This document shows, in pieces, positions 24,414 through 34,389 of a stretch of DNA of 64,000 bases. The DNA is from Actinomycetes bacterium (GTDB taxonomy: Bacteria; Actinomycetota; CALGFH01), in the NCBI GenBank assembly GCA_035275125.1, contig DATENJ010000477.1, positions 106 to 64,105 of the forward strand, in the 5' to 3' direction. The notes below the pieces were generated by a model. The model had not been told where the DNA came from. It did not search any database and saw only the letters and a program-made list of their open reading frames with translations. Every line of letters starts with the position of its first letter. The stretch's first letter is position 1. A program made the position numbers and the translations under genes.

Positions 24414-25441
24414 TGCGCCACTCGCGGATCCACCAGCGCGTGGATGACGTCGATGGCCAGCAGGGTCAGCAGGGACCCGGCCGTGATGACGAGGATGACC
24501 CCCTGGATGGCGGGGTAGTCCAACGAGAGGACCGACCGCAGCGCGTACTGGCCCAGGCCGCCGAGGGAGAAGACCTGCTCGATCAGGACGGCGCCGCCGA
24601 GCATGTAGCCGTAGAGGATGCCGATCAGCGTCAGCGAGGGCGCGAAGGCGTTGCGGAAGGTGTACATGGCGACGCGGAACGGCGACAGGCCGCAGCTGCG
24701 CGCGTACAGGATGTGGTCCGACGCCAGCACCGCCAGCATGCTCTGGCGGACCATCTTGATGATCGGGCCGGAGAGCACGAACGCGAGCGTCAGCACCGGC
24801 AGCATCAGGTGATGGAGCGCCTCGACGAAGACCGAGCCTCGCCCGGCCAGCAGCGCGTCCAGGGTCAGGAAGCCGGTCACCGTTTCGGGTGGGCTGGTCA
24901 GCGGGTCCAGGCGGCCGAGCGGCGCCGGCGCCAGGCCCCATTCAGAGAAGAACAGGAAGACGAACATCAGCCCCCACCAGAACTCCGGCTGGGCGCCGGC
25001 GAACAGGCTGTAGGTGAACGCGGCCCGGTCCACGAGCCCTCGCGGGCGGAGCGCCGCGACCATGCCGATCGGGACCCCGACCAGGACCGCGACCAGGAAG
25101 CTGTAGGTGATCAGCTCGAGGGTCACGGGCAGGAACTTGCCAATCTCCTGGGCCACCGGCGAGCCGGTCACCCACGAGCTGCCCAGGTCACCTTGCAGGA
25201 TGCCGGATCCCTCGGCCTCGCGGTCCAGCCCCAGGTAGATCCCGAGCTGCCTGGGGATCGACTTGTCCAGATCCAGCGAGGCGCGCGCGTGGGCGATCGC
25301 CTCGGGCGTGGCGTTGAGGCCTACCAGCCGCCCCACCGGGTCGGCGGGGAGGAGCCTGATGAGGAAGAACACGAGCAGGGTGATGCCAGCGAGCTGAACC
25401 ACCGCCACCAGCAGACGGCGCAGCACGTAGGTGGTCAACAT
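24410..25441 (-). CDS. ABC transporter permease (DppB/OppB type)
   Basis: N-terminal MLTTYVLRRLL plus six-TM permease core. Confidence 0.9.
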   Translation of the reverse strand: MLTTYVLRRLLVAVVQLAGITLLVFFLIRLLPADPVGRLVGLNATPEAIAHARASLDLDKSIPRQLGIYLGLDREAEGSGILQGDLGSSWVTGSPVAQEIGKFLPVTLELITYSFLVAVLVGVPIGMVAALRPRGLVDRAAFTYSLFAGAQPEFWWGLMFVFLFFSEWGLAPAPLGRLDPLTSPPETVTGFLTLDALLAGRGSVFVEALHHLMLPVLTLAFVLSGPIIKMVRQSMLAVLASDHILYARSCGLSPFRVAMYTFRNAFAPSLTLIGILYGYMLGGAVLIEQVFSLGGLGQYALRSVLSLDYPAIQGVILVITAGSLLTLLAIDVIHALVDPRVAQ

Positions 25442-25451
25442 GCCCTGGAAT

Positions 25452-27158
25452 CTAGCTCTCCGCGGGGCTCAGCTCGAACCACCTCAGGGCGTTCTCCGGG
25501 TGCCAGGTGAGCCCGCTGATCCGCTCCGAGAAGGCCCACTGCGTCTTGCGCTCGACGATGGGCACCCAGTTCAGGTCCTTCTGGAGGATCTCCTGGGCCT
25601 CGGCGAGCATCTGCGCCCGCTTCTCCTGATCGGTCTCGACGTTGGCCGCGGCGGTCAGCTCGTCGACCCTGGCGTTGGAGTAGTTGGTGTTGTTGGCCGG
25701 GGCGCCGGCCTTGGAGGAGATCTGGGCGTTGAAGAGCGCGTAGCCGGCGTCGATCAGGACCGGCTTCTCCTGGTCGTCCAGCGCGAAGGGAAGGTCCTTC
25801 TTGACGAACAGCCGGTCCACGAACTGGCTGTTGGGCACGGGGTTGAGCTGCGCCGGGATGCCCGCCTCACGCAGCGCCGCCTGGACCATGGTGGCGATCG
25901 GCCCCAGCGTCGACTCCTTCTCGGCGACATAGGTGAGCTGGAAGGAGCCGCCGAACCGGTCCAGGCCACGGCCCTCGGGGTAGCCGGCCTCGGCGAGCAG
26001 CGCCTTGGCACGGGCCGGATCGGAGGCGTACTGGGTGGCCGGCTTCACGTACCCGGGGAAGGAGGAGGGGACGTGGCCCTCCCATTTCTTCGCCTGGTTG
26101 AAGTAGCCGTCGTTGACGATCGGGTCGTACGGGATGAGGGTGGCGATCGCCTGGCGGACCTTGGGGTTGTCGAAGGGCTTGGATTTGAAGTTCATGTGCA
26201 GGAAGAGGTTCTCGTTGCCGATCACGCCGCCGACCTTCAGCCCTTGTGCCTGCTTGGCCGCCTCGATCTCCTTGGGGGTGAGGTTCTCGGCGACCTGCGC
26301 GGCTCCCGACCTGAGCGCCGCCAGACGGTTGGCGCTCTCGGGCACCTTGCGGTAGACGATCCGCGAGATGGGTGGAGCGCCGCGGTAGTACCTGGGGTTG
26401 GCCTTGACCACGAACTCCGATCCCTTGTCCCATCTCTCCAGGCAGTAGGGGCCGAATCCGGGAAGGTTGACGGTGTCGTTGTACTTGTGGCTCCAGGGGT
26501 CGTCCGGCGTGGCGTGCTTCTCCATCGTCTCCTTGTCCAGGATCCCGGTGGCGAACGTCGCCATCACGGGCAGGAACAGCTGGCTCGGTGCCGACTGTCG
26601 GACCTTGACCGTGTAGTCGTCCACCTTGGTGACCTCGTCACCGAGCTCGCGCTTGGACTCGTCAGTGATCACGTCGGGGGTGAACGCGTCGACCGCGGCC
26701 ACGTTGAACTCGAACCAGGAGACTGCGATCGCCCCGCTCACCGACTTGGCCCGGGCAAAGGTATAGAGCACGTCGTCGGCGTTGAAGCTGGCCCCCTCGC
26801 AGCCGACCACCCCCTGGCGCAGGTGGAAGGTCCAGGTGAGGGTGGCCGGGTCGTAGTCCCAGGACTCCGCCAGCCGCCCTTCGAACTTCTTGAAGTCCAG
26901 CAGCTGCACGCCGTCCTCGTTGACCTCCCCTCGGGAATTGTCCACGAGATTCTCAACCAGATTGACAATCCCCTCCTGGGCGGAAGGGGCGGGGACCGAG
27001 GGCCCGTCATAGTCGAGGCCGGCCGGGATGTCATCCGACAAGATCGTGACCTGCGCGACCTCTTGGTTCTCGGAGTCGGCGGAATCGCCTTGCTCACACC
27101 CGGCGACCGAGACGAGCATCGCCAGGACGGCCGCCCAAAGACCATACCTCCGGATCAT
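25452..27158 (-). CDS. ABC transporter substrate-binding lipoprotein, family 5 - SBP2
   Basis: Signal peptide and lipobox VAGCEQ; RBS GAGGAAGGGA; first gene of the operon SBP2-B-C-D-F-formamidase. Confidence 0.9.
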   Translation of the reverse strand: MIRRYGLWAAVLAMLVSVAGCEQGDSADSENQEVAQVTILSDDIPAGLDYDGPSVPAPSAQEGIVNLVENLVDNSRGEVNEDGVQLLDFKKFEGRLAESWDYDPATLTWTFHLRQGVVGCEGASFNADDVLYTFARAKSVSGAIAVSWFEFNVAAVDAFTPDVITDESKRELGDEVTKVDDYTVKVRQSAPSQLFLPVMATFATGILDKETMEKHATPDDPWSHKYNDTVNLPGFGPYCLERWDKGSEFVVKANPRYYRGAPPISRIVYRKVPESANRLAALRSGAAQVAENLTPKEIEAAKQAQGLKVGGVIGNENLFLHMNFKSKPFDNPKVRQAIATLIPYDPIVNDGYFNQAKKWEGHVPSSFPGYVKPATQYASDPARAKALLAEAGYPEGRGLDRFGGSFQLTYVAEKESTLGPIATMVQAALREAGIPAQLNPVPNSQFVDRLFVKKDLPFALDDQEKPVLIDAGYALFNAQISSKAGAPANNTNYSNARVDELTAAANVETDQEKRAQMLAEAQEILQKDLNWVPIVERKTQWAFSERISGLTWHPENALRWFELSPAES

Positions 27159-27437
27159 GCCCGTTCCCTTCCTCGGGGGAGATCGACCAGTTGCCCAGTG
27201 CTGATCGCCGTCAACTCTGATGCTTGCTCGGTTCGTCGTCAAGTCCCTAACTACGCTTCTGGCAACGGCCCTCCAACGATGCTGGGGCAGCCGCCTCGAA
27301 GCAGTCGTGACCTGCAGGTTCTGCGAGTGGTAGGCTGGCGCCGGTCGTCGGCCGGGCGCTGTCGCTAAGTACCTTGTGACGGTGTCGCGGTCGACGGTCG
27401 GACGCCGTCTGGCAGCGCACCGGGAGCGATAGATCGC

Positions 27438-28286
27438 ATGGCAGAGGACGTTGTGCTCGAGCAACTCCAGCGCCTCGGGATGACGAGCTACGAGGCGAAG
27501 GCGTATGTGGCCCTGATCGCCGCCGGGGTGCCGCTAAATGGCTACGAGGTCGCCAAGCGATCGAAGGTCCCTCGGAGCACGGTCTACGAGACGCTTGGAA
27601 AGCTGGTCGGGCGGGGTGCCGCCTTCGAGGTCAACGTCAACGGGGCGACCGCGTACCTCCCCCTGCCGGTCGAGTCCCTGCTCACGGGCCTGGAGACCGA
27701 GTTCGAGACGGCCATCCGTCGGCTCAAGGCGGCGCTGCCGGCGGTCATCTCCCCACCCAAAGCGCAGGTCGTTCACCACCTGAATGGCGCGGAGATCGTC
27801 CTCGACCGCGCCACAACGATGATCGAGAACGCCACCGAGGACCTGTACCTGGCGATGTGGGACGAGGAGACCCGCAAGCTGGCCCCAGCGATCCAGGCCG
27901 CCGAGGACCGGCGGCTCGCGGTCTTCCTGCTGGTGTTCGGCGGTGAGAACGGCAAGATCCCGCATGCGTTCCCGCACCGCCTGCTGACTGCCCCGGACGC
28001 CCTGGAGCCGGTCAGCCGCCGGCTCCTGCTCGTTGTGGCTGACCGCGCCAGCGTCCTCGTCGGCAGCGCGGTCGGCGACGACATGTGGGCGATGCACAGC
28101 GAGGACCCGGCGGTCAGCCTGGTCGCGATCGAGTACGTCAGGCACGACATCGCGCTGCAGCAGCTCGCGGGGCGCATAGGCGTCGAGGAGATCCAGAAGA
28201 TCTGGCAGACCGACCCGGAGCTGCAGCGCCTGGCCGCACAGCGCGGCCTTCCCGGATCGGGCCCCACCAGGGGGAATCGGCCGTAG
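27438..28286 (+). CDS. TrmB-family transcriptional regulator
   Basis: N-terminal TrmB winged HTH (GMTSYEAKAYVALIAAGVPLNGYEVAKRSKVPRSTVYETL); divergent from the ABC operon. Confidence 0.8.
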   Translation: MAEDVVLEQLQRLGMTSYEAKAYVALIAAGVPLNGYEVAKRSKVPRSTVYETLGKLVGRGAAFEVNVNGATAYLPLPVESLLTGLETEFETAIRRLKAALPAVISPPKAQVVHHLNGAEIVLDRATTMIENATEDLYLAMWDEETRKLAPAIQAAEDRRLAVFLLVFGGENGKIPHAFPHRLLTAPDALEPVSRRLLLVVADRASVLVGSAVGDDMWAMHSEDPAVSLVAIEYVRHDIALQQLAGRIGVEEIQKIWQTDPELQRLAAQRGLPGSGPTRGNRP

Positions 28287-28306
28287 CGTCCCTTCTGAAC
28301 CCGGAG

Positions 28307-28549
28307 GTGGTCCCAACGAGCGAGCCTACCGTCGAAACCCTCGAAGTTCTCGCCCGGGAACTGGGTATCTCGGTCGCCCGGGAGCGACTCGCACGGGCCG
28401 CCGAGGCGCATGCCCGCCTGCGCCCGATGCTGCGGCAGTTCCGGGAGGTGAAGTTCGACTACCTGGACGGGGTTCAGCCCGCGCATGCCAGGCGCTGGAT
28501 CGAGAACGGAGGGCGCTCGGTTCCACACGCACCGCAAGCGCCGTCGTGA
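28307..28549 (+). CDS. small AtzG-like (DUF4089-like) protein, putative partner of the downstream amidase; start codon uncertain
   Basis: ~80-aa helical ORF (LEVLARELGISVARERLARAAEAHARLRPMLRQFREVKFDYLDGVQPAHARRW). Its TGA stop overlaps the amidase GTG start (GTGA). Confidence 0.5.
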   Translation: MVPTSEPTVETLEVLARELGISVARERLARAAEAHARLRPMLRQFREVKFDYLDGVQPAHARRWIENGGRSVPHAPQAPS

Positions 28550-29970
28550 CCGGGCTCGCCGACCTCGGAGCCGGCGAGCTGCTGGAGCTCTACCGCCGGC
28601 GGGAGGCCTCGCCTGAGGAGGTCGCCGAGGCCTGTGCCGCGCGGATCGAGCAGCTGGAGCCAGCGCTCAACGCCGTCACGACGCGCTGCCCTGAGGTCTG
28701 GTCCAGGCAGGCGGCGGAGGCAACCCGCCGGTGGCGCAGCGGCGAGGCCCGGCCTCTGGAGGGTGTCCCCTACGGCGTCAAGGACCTGATCCACACCGCC
28801 GGCGTGCGCACCACGGGCGGGTCCCGCCGTTACCGTGACTACGTTCCCGAGACAGGCGCCGAGGCCGTCGACCGGCTCGAGCGGGCTGGCGGCGTGATGA
28901 TGGCCAAGCTCCACACGTTCGAGTTCGCCAGGGGCGATGACAGCTTCCTCGGGCCCACGCGCAACCCCTGGGACCTGGAGCGGACCGCCGGCGCCTCCTC
29001 CACTGGCGCGGGCGCGGTCCTGGCGGCTCGGCAGCTGCCGCTGGCGCTGGCGACCGACACCGGCGGCTCCATCCGGGTCCCCGCCACCTTCTGCGGCGTC
29101 ACCGGCCTGAAGCCAACCTTCGGGCTCGTTCCCCGGACCGGCGTGATGCCCCAATCCTGGACCTTGGACCACGTCGGGCCGATGGGCCGCTCGGTCGCCG
29201 ACGTCGCCCGAATGCTGACCGCGATCGCCGGCTACGACCCGGCGGACCCCGAGTCGATCCGGACACCGCGCCGCGACTTCGTCGAGGGACTCGACCGAGG
29301 GGTCGCCGGCCTCCGCCTTGGCATCCCTCGCGACTGGTTCTTCGACGTCATCGACCCGGAGGCACTGCAAGCGACGCAACGGGCCGCCTCCCTGCTGGCC
29401 GGGCAGGGCGCGGACGTGGTCGAGGTCGACCTTCCCCACGCCCACCTCTCCGACGTCATCGGTGCCCTCATCATCTACGCGGAGTTCGCCGCCCTCCACA
29501 CCGACGACCTCGACCGACTGGAAGAGTTCGGGACGCGCTGGACACAGCAGGTACTGGTGGACTCCCACTTCGTCGGCGCCGCCGACTACCTCAGGGCCCT
29601 GCGGGCGCGGCACCTGATCCAGCGCGACCTCGAGCAGGCCTTCGAGCAGGCGGACGTGCTCCTGGTTCCTGGCACGGTGGGGGTGGCGCCTCGACTGGAG
29701 GACCTCGCCTTCTCGGTCGGGGACGCCGTCCGGGAATGGGACCAGCACGTGGCACGGATGACACTGCTGTTCAACCTTGCCGGCGTGCCCGCCCTGGCGC
29801 TCCCGGCGGGCTTCAGTAGCGGTGGGCTGCCATTGGGGATCCAGGTCGCCGCCCGACCGTTCGACGAGGCGACCTGCCTCCGGGTAGGCCACACCCTGCA
29901 GCGATGCACCACCTACCACCTGGCGGTTCCGCCCCTCGTCTCGGGCCAGGACGGTATGCGGTCGGGCTAG
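28546..29970 (+). CDS. amidase-signature family amidase (AtzE-like 1-carboxybiuret hydrolase-type architecture)
   Basis: GASSTGAGAVLAA, GTDTGGSIRVPAT, and GVKDLI; ~60 % identical to the amidase at 19273-20676. Confidence 0.85.
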   Translation: MTGLADLGAGELLELYRRREASPEEVAEACAARIEQLEPALNAVTTRCPEVWSRQAAEATRRWRSGEARPLEGVPYGVKDLIHTAGVRTTGGSRRYRDYVPETGAEAVDRLERAGGVMMAKLHTFEFARGDDSFLGPTRNPWDLERTAGASSTGAGAVLAARQLPLALATDTGGSIRVPATFCGVTGLKPTFGLVPRTGVMPQSWTLDHVGPMGRSVADVARMLTAIAGYDPADPESIRTPRRDFVEGLDRGVAGLRLGIPRDWFFDVIDPEALQATQRAASLLAGQGADVVEVDLPHAHLSDVIGALIIYAEFAALHTDDLDRLEEFGTRWTQQVLVDSHFVGAADYLRALRARHLIQRDLEQAFEQADVLLVPGTVGVAPRLEDLAFSVGDAVREWDQHVARMTLLFNLAGVPALALPAGFSSGGLPLGIQVAARPFDEATCLRVGHTLQRCTTYHLAVPPLVSGQDGMRSG

Positions 29971-31001
29971 ATGAGGTCGCCTCTGGTTCGCGGGTCGATG
30001 AGGAACTGCAGGACGTCCATGAACACATAGACCGTGAGCGCGAAGATGGCCACGAACATGACGCAGCCGGCGACCGCCAGGTAGTCCGAGTTCACCACCG
30101 ACTCGACCGCGAACTGGCCCAGCCCGCCCCAGGAGAAGACCGTCTCGACCAGCACTGCCGCGCTGATCAGGTAGCCGTACACCAGGCCGGACAGGGTGAT
30201 CACCGGTAGCAGTGCGTTCCGCAGGGCGCCACGGTTGATCCGCCGGACCGGCATCCCGCAGGCGCGCGCGTACCGCACATAGTCCGAGTCCAGCGCCTCC
30301 ATGGTCTGGGTCCGGGTCATCTTCAGCAATGGCGCGGCGTAGACGAACGCGAGCGTGACCCCGGGCAGGATCAGGTGCCCGAAGGCGGAGCGGAACGCGG
30401 CCCAGTTCCCCGTGAGCACCGAGTCCAGGGTGTAGACCCCGGTGATCGTGGTGGGCGCCCCGATCAGCACGTCGATGCGACCGAGGGGAGCCGGCGCGAT
30501 CCCGAGGGTGACGAAGAACACCAGGATCAGCATCAGGCCCCACCAGAACTCGGGCAGCGCCCCCGCGACCATCCCGTAGACGAACGGGATGCGCTTGAAC
30601 AGGCGCCCGCGCGACACCGCCGAGAGGATGCCGAGCGGGACGGCGACCGCGATGGCGATGACGAACGCGAAGGTGATGAGCTCGAAGGTGGCCGTGAAAC
30701 GGCGCAGCACCTCGTCCAGCACCGGCTTGCTGGTGAAGTACGAGCGTCCGAGGTCCCCTTGCAGCACGTTGCCGAGGTACTTGACGTAGCGGACGTGGAT
30801 CGGCTGGTCGAGGCCGAGGCTCTGCACTAGGGCCGCTCTGGTCTCGTCGGAGGCGAGCCCGCCCGCCAGCAGGTAGGTGGGGTCGCCGGGGAGAAGCTGG
30901 ATCAGGACGAAGACGATCGTCACGATGCCCCAGACCTGGACCAGCAGGATGCCGAGGCGGCGCAGCACGAAGCGCAGCTTCCAGCCTATCGGGACGACCA
31001 C
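29967..31001 (-). CDS. ABC transporter permease (DppB type) - distal gene of the third ABC operon
   Basis: GTG start with GGGAGGTGG upstream; typical DppB N-terminus KLRFVLRRLGILLVQ. Confidence 0.8.
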   Translation of the reverse strand: MVVPIGWKLRFVLRRLGILLVQVWGIVTIVFVLIQLLPGDPTYLLAGGLASDETRAALVQSLGLDQPIHVRYVKYLGNVLQGDLGRSYFTSKPVLDEVLRRFTATFELITFAFVIAIAVAVPLGILSAVSRGRLFKRIPFVYGMVAGALPEFWWGLMLILVFFVTLGIAPAPLGRIDVLIGAPTTITGVYTLDSVLTGNWAAFRSAFGHLILPGVTLAFVYAAPLLKMTRTQTMEALDSDYVRYARACGMPVRRINRGALRNALLPVITLSGLVYGYLISAAVLVETVFSWGGLGQFAVESVVNSDYLAVAGCVMFVAIFALTVYVFMDVLQFLIDPRTRGDLI

Positions 31002-33016
31002 GACGCCACCTCCCGTGTGGACTGGCAGACGAGGTTGCCGTGCTCGTCGGCGTGTGCCGTCCAACCCTCGAGCAGCAGGAAGCTGGAGTCGACCTCCTCG
31101 ATCACGCACGGGTGGTCGATCCTCGTCCCAGGCTCGAGGCGATCCCGGTCGTACACCGGGACCTCGCGGTCGAGGAAGGCGATCCTCCGTGACCCCTTGG
31201 GGACGGGTTCCGCCCCGGAGTGGCGGCTAGACGGGGGCTGCAGCCGCAGCGTGGGCACGGTCCCAACGGCGGTCACCCGCACGTTGACCACCTCCGCCGG
31301 GTCCCCCAGCCGCGTCCCGTAGCGCAGCTCGTGCAGCCGCTCGAACTCGCGGTAGACCGAGGCCGGGTCGAGCGGCGAGCCCTCCGCGACCGGCACCGGG
31401 ACCTCGGTCGACTGCCCGACGTAGCGAACGTCGAGCAGCCGCTCGAACTCCACCTCGCCGACCGACGCCTCCTCGCCCTGGAGGAAGGCGCTGGCGGCCT
31501 GGCCGAGCTCCTGGAACTGCTTGCCCAGGTCGGCCGCGGAGACGGCCGTGAGCAGGCTGAGCAGCGTCTGGCTGGCGGTGTTCCTGAGATCCGCCGTGAG
31601 GAGGCCGAACGCTGACAGCACGCTCTGGTTCGGCGGCACCAGCACGCGGCGGATGCCGACCTCCTCGGCGACCGCCACCGCGAACTGACCGCCCGCGCCC
31701 CCGTAGCAGATCAGCGTGAAGTCGCGCGGGTCGATCCCCCGTTTCACGGTCGCCTCGAGGATGGCCTGCGCCATGTTCGCGTTGAGCAGCCGGAAGACAC
31801 CGAGGGCGGCCTGCTCGACGCTCACGCCGAAGTGCGCCGCGATCGGTTCGAGCGCCTCGCGGGAGCGCCCTGGGACCACGCGCAACCGGCCGCCGAGGAA
31901 GTTGCCCGGGTCGAGGATGCCGAGCACGAGGTTGGCGTCGGTGGCGGTCGGCGCCGTGCCGCCCCGGTCGTAGCAGGCGGGGCCGGGGTCCGCGCCGGCG
32001 CTCTGGGGGCCAACGCGGAGGGTCCCTCCCTCGTCGACCCAGGCGATGCTGCCACCGCCCGCGCCGACCGAGGCCACGTCGATGCCCTGGGTGCGGGCCG
32101 GGATCCCCCACTCGACCTCGACCTCGTCGCGCATCTCGGGCTCGCCGTCCCTGAGCACGCAGATGTCGCAGCTCGTCCCGCCGACGTCCATCGTGATGAG
32201 GTCGCCGATCCCGCTCCTCCGCCCGATGAACTGGCTGGCCAGGACGCCCGCCGCCGGGCCCGAGGCGATCAGGATGATGGGGTGCGCCCTCGCCTCCCCC
32301 GACGGGACGATCCCGCCGCCGGAATGCATGTACCTCACCGGCACCCCGAGGACCCCGGCCAGGCGTTCGATGTACCCACGGGTCCGTGGCATCGCATAGG
32401 CGTTCAGCACCGTCGTGCTCGTCCGCTGGTACTCGCGGATGCGGGGGTCGACGTCGGACGAGAGCGAGATCGCCAGCTCCGCTGAGATCGAGCGGGCGAT
32501 CTGCCCGATCGCGCGCTCGTGCTCGCCGTTGGCATAGGCGTTGAACAGGCACACGGCGAGCGCCTCGACGCCGTCGGCGAGCAGCGCCCGGACCGCGTCC
32601 TCGACGCCGCGCTCGTCCAGCGGCTCGAGCACGTTGCCGTCCATGTCGATCCGCTCGTCGACCTCTCTGACCAGGTACCTGGGCACGAACGGTCGGGGCT
32701 TGTCCCACTGGAGGTTGTACAGCTGGTTCCGGTAGACGCGGCCGATCTCCAGCACGTCACGGAACCCCCGCGTCGTGAGCAGTCCCACCTTGGCCCCGGT
32801 TCTGGTGAGGACCAGGTTGGTGACGAGGGTGGTCGCGTGCATGAACGAGGAGATGCGGCCGAAGTCGACCCCGCCCTGGCGGCACGCCTCGAGCAGGCCC
32901 TCCTCGGGGGCCGAGGGAACGGTCCGGACCTTGGTCCGGCGCAGGTCTCCCGAGGCCTCGTCGTAGACGACCAGGTCGGTGAACGTCCCCCCGATGTCGA
33001 CCCCCACCCGCTGCAT
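30986..33016 (-). CDS. hydantoinase/oxoprolinase family, A subunit (HyuA-like)
   Basis: MQRVGVDIGGTFTDLV N-terminus and Hydantoinase_A family along the full length; RBS GGGAGGAA. Confidence 0.9.
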   Translation of the reverse strand: MQRVGVDIGGTFTDLVVYDEASGDLRRTKVRTVPSAPEEGLLEACRQGGVDFGRISSFMHATTLVTNLVLTRTGAKVGLLTTRGFRDVLEIGRVYRNQLYNLQWDKPRPFVPRYLVREVDERIDMDGNVLEPLDERGVEDAVRALLADGVEALAVCLFNAYANGEHERAIGQIARSISAELAISLSSDVDPRIREYQRTSTTVLNAYAMPRTRGYIERLAGVLGVPVRYMHSGGGIVPSGEARAHPIILIASGPAAGVLASQFIGRRSGIGDLITMDVGGTSCDICVLRDGEPEMRDEVEVEWGIPARTQGIDVASVGAGGGSIAWVDEGGTLRVGPQSAGADPGPACYDRGGTAPTATDANLVLGILDPGNFLGGRLRVVPGRSREALEPIAAHFGVSVEQAALGVFRLLNANMAQAILEATVKRGIDPRDFTLICYGGAGGQFAVAVAEEVGIRRVLVPPNQSVLSAFGLLTADLRNTASQTLLSLLTAVSAADLGKQFQELGQAASAFLQGEEASVGEVEFERLLDVRYVGQSTEVPVPVAEGSPLDPASVYREFERLHELRYGTRLGDPAEVVNVRVTAVGTVPTLRLQPPSSRHSGAEPVPKGSRRIAFLDREVPVYDRDRLEPGTRIDHPCVIEEVDSSFLLLEGWTAHADEHGNLVCQSTREVASWSSR

Positions 33017-33039
33017 GCCGTTCCTCCCCGACGCCGTGG

Positions 33040-34389
33040 TCACCGCAGCTCGTCGCGGTGCGCCTGCAGGAACCGCGTGATGGTCGAGATCGTGTGCTCG
33101 ATGTCCTCGTCGCTGTGCGCGGCCGAGATGTAGCCCTTGTTCGTCTTGATGGGCAGGACGAAGACGTTGTTGTTGAGGAGGGTGCGCCGGAAGGCGACGT
33201 CCTTGGGATGCCCGCCGCGGACCGACACCAGCTGGATGATGTCCCTGAAGGAGCGCACGTTGCGGGTGAAGTACAGGCACCATGCCGAGCCGAACTGCGC
33301 GAAGCTGGCGTCGATGCCGAGCTCGTCGATCACCGCCCGGATCTCCTTGGCCATCCACTCCCCCTGACGGAACAGCCGGGCATGGACCTGCTCGTCCCGC
33401 AGGATCCTGATGGTCGTCAGCGCCGCGGTGACGCCGAGGAGATGCCCCATGAAGGTCCCGGAGATGAACACCGGGCCCTCGGGGCTGAACAGCGACATGA
33501 CGTCGCGCCTGCCGGCGACCGCGCTGATCGGATAGCCGTTCGCCATCGCCTTGCCGAACACGGCCAGGTCCGGCGTCACCCCGAGCAGGCTCTGGGCGCC
33601 GCCGAGGCTGTGCCGGAAGCCGGTGATGATCTCGTCGAAGATCAGGAGGATCCCGAGCTCGTCGCAGAGGGCGCGCAGCAGCACCAGGAAGTCCTTGTCA
33701 ACGATGAGGCAGCCGGCGCTGTGGCAGACGGGCTCGATCACCACCGCCGCCAGGCGGTCGGCCTCGCGCCTGATGAGGCGCTCGGTCGCCTCCGGGTCGT
33801 TGAACGGCGCCACCACGATCTGGTCGATCGTCTCCTGGAGGGAACCGACCGACGCGGGAACCGTGGCCGGCGCGTCGGCGGGCCCGGCCTCCTCCGGCCG
33901 GGGCTTGACGCTGGCCGCCAGGTAGTCGTGCCACCCGTGGTACCCGCCCTCGAACTTGAGCAGCTTCGTCCTTCCGGTGTAGGCGCGGGCGAGGCGGACG
34001 GCGTTGTAGACCGCGTCGGATCCGCCGCCACCGCACAGCGCGGTCATGTCGGCGCAGGGGACCAGCTCGGTGAACAGGCGGGCGAGCTCGACCTCTTTCG
34101 GGTGGGGCGCGGTGAACAGCACCCCGTCGTTGGTCAGGGTGTCGATCACCGCGGCGCGGACCCTGGGGTCGTTGTGGCCCAGGAGGGCGGGCCCGGCCGC
34201 CCCCCAGTAGTCGATGAACTCGTTGTCGTCGACGTCCCAGATGCGGGAGCCCCCGGCCCGGCGGATGAACAGCGGGTACGGCTCGTACCAACGCCCGTCG
34301 CCCTGGACGCCGCCGGGGGAGCTGGCACGGGCCGTCTCCAGCAGCCGCCGCGACCGCTCGGTGGGGATCGTGAGCTCAACGTCGATCAT
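33040..34389 (-). CDS. class III pyridoxal-phosphate aminotransferase (omega-aminotransferase / GSA-aminomutase-like)
   Basis: AT-III fold with PLP lysine in VFGKAMANGYP; start MIDVEL overlaps the HyuB stop by 14 nt. Confidence 0.85.
   Translation of the reverse strand: MIDVELTIPTERSRRLLETARASSPGGVQGDGRWYEPYPLFIRRAGGSRIWDVDDNEFIDYWGAAGPALLGHNDPRVRAAVIDTLTNDGVLFTAPHPKEVELARLFTELVPCADMTALCGGGGSDAVYNAVRLARAYTGRTKLLKFEGGYHGWHDYLAASVKPRPEEAGPADAPATVPASVGSLQETIDQIVVAPFNDPEATERLIRREADRLAAVVIEPVCHSAGCLIVDKDFLVLLRALCDELGILLIFDEIITGFRHSLGGAQSLLGVTPDLAVFGKAMANGYPISAVAGRRDVMSLFSPEGPVFISGTFMGHLLGVTAALTTIRILRDEQVHARLFRQGEWMAKEIRAVIDELGIDASFAQFGSAWCLYFTRNVRSFRDIIQLVSVRGGHPKDVAFRRTLLNNNVFVLPIKTNKGYISAAHSDEDIEHTISTITRFLQAHRDELR

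Noticed and set aside
25431-27368. 645-aa plus-strand ORF
   Set aside because: Antisense to the SBP2 gene; repetitive Gly/Val/Asp-rich artefact.
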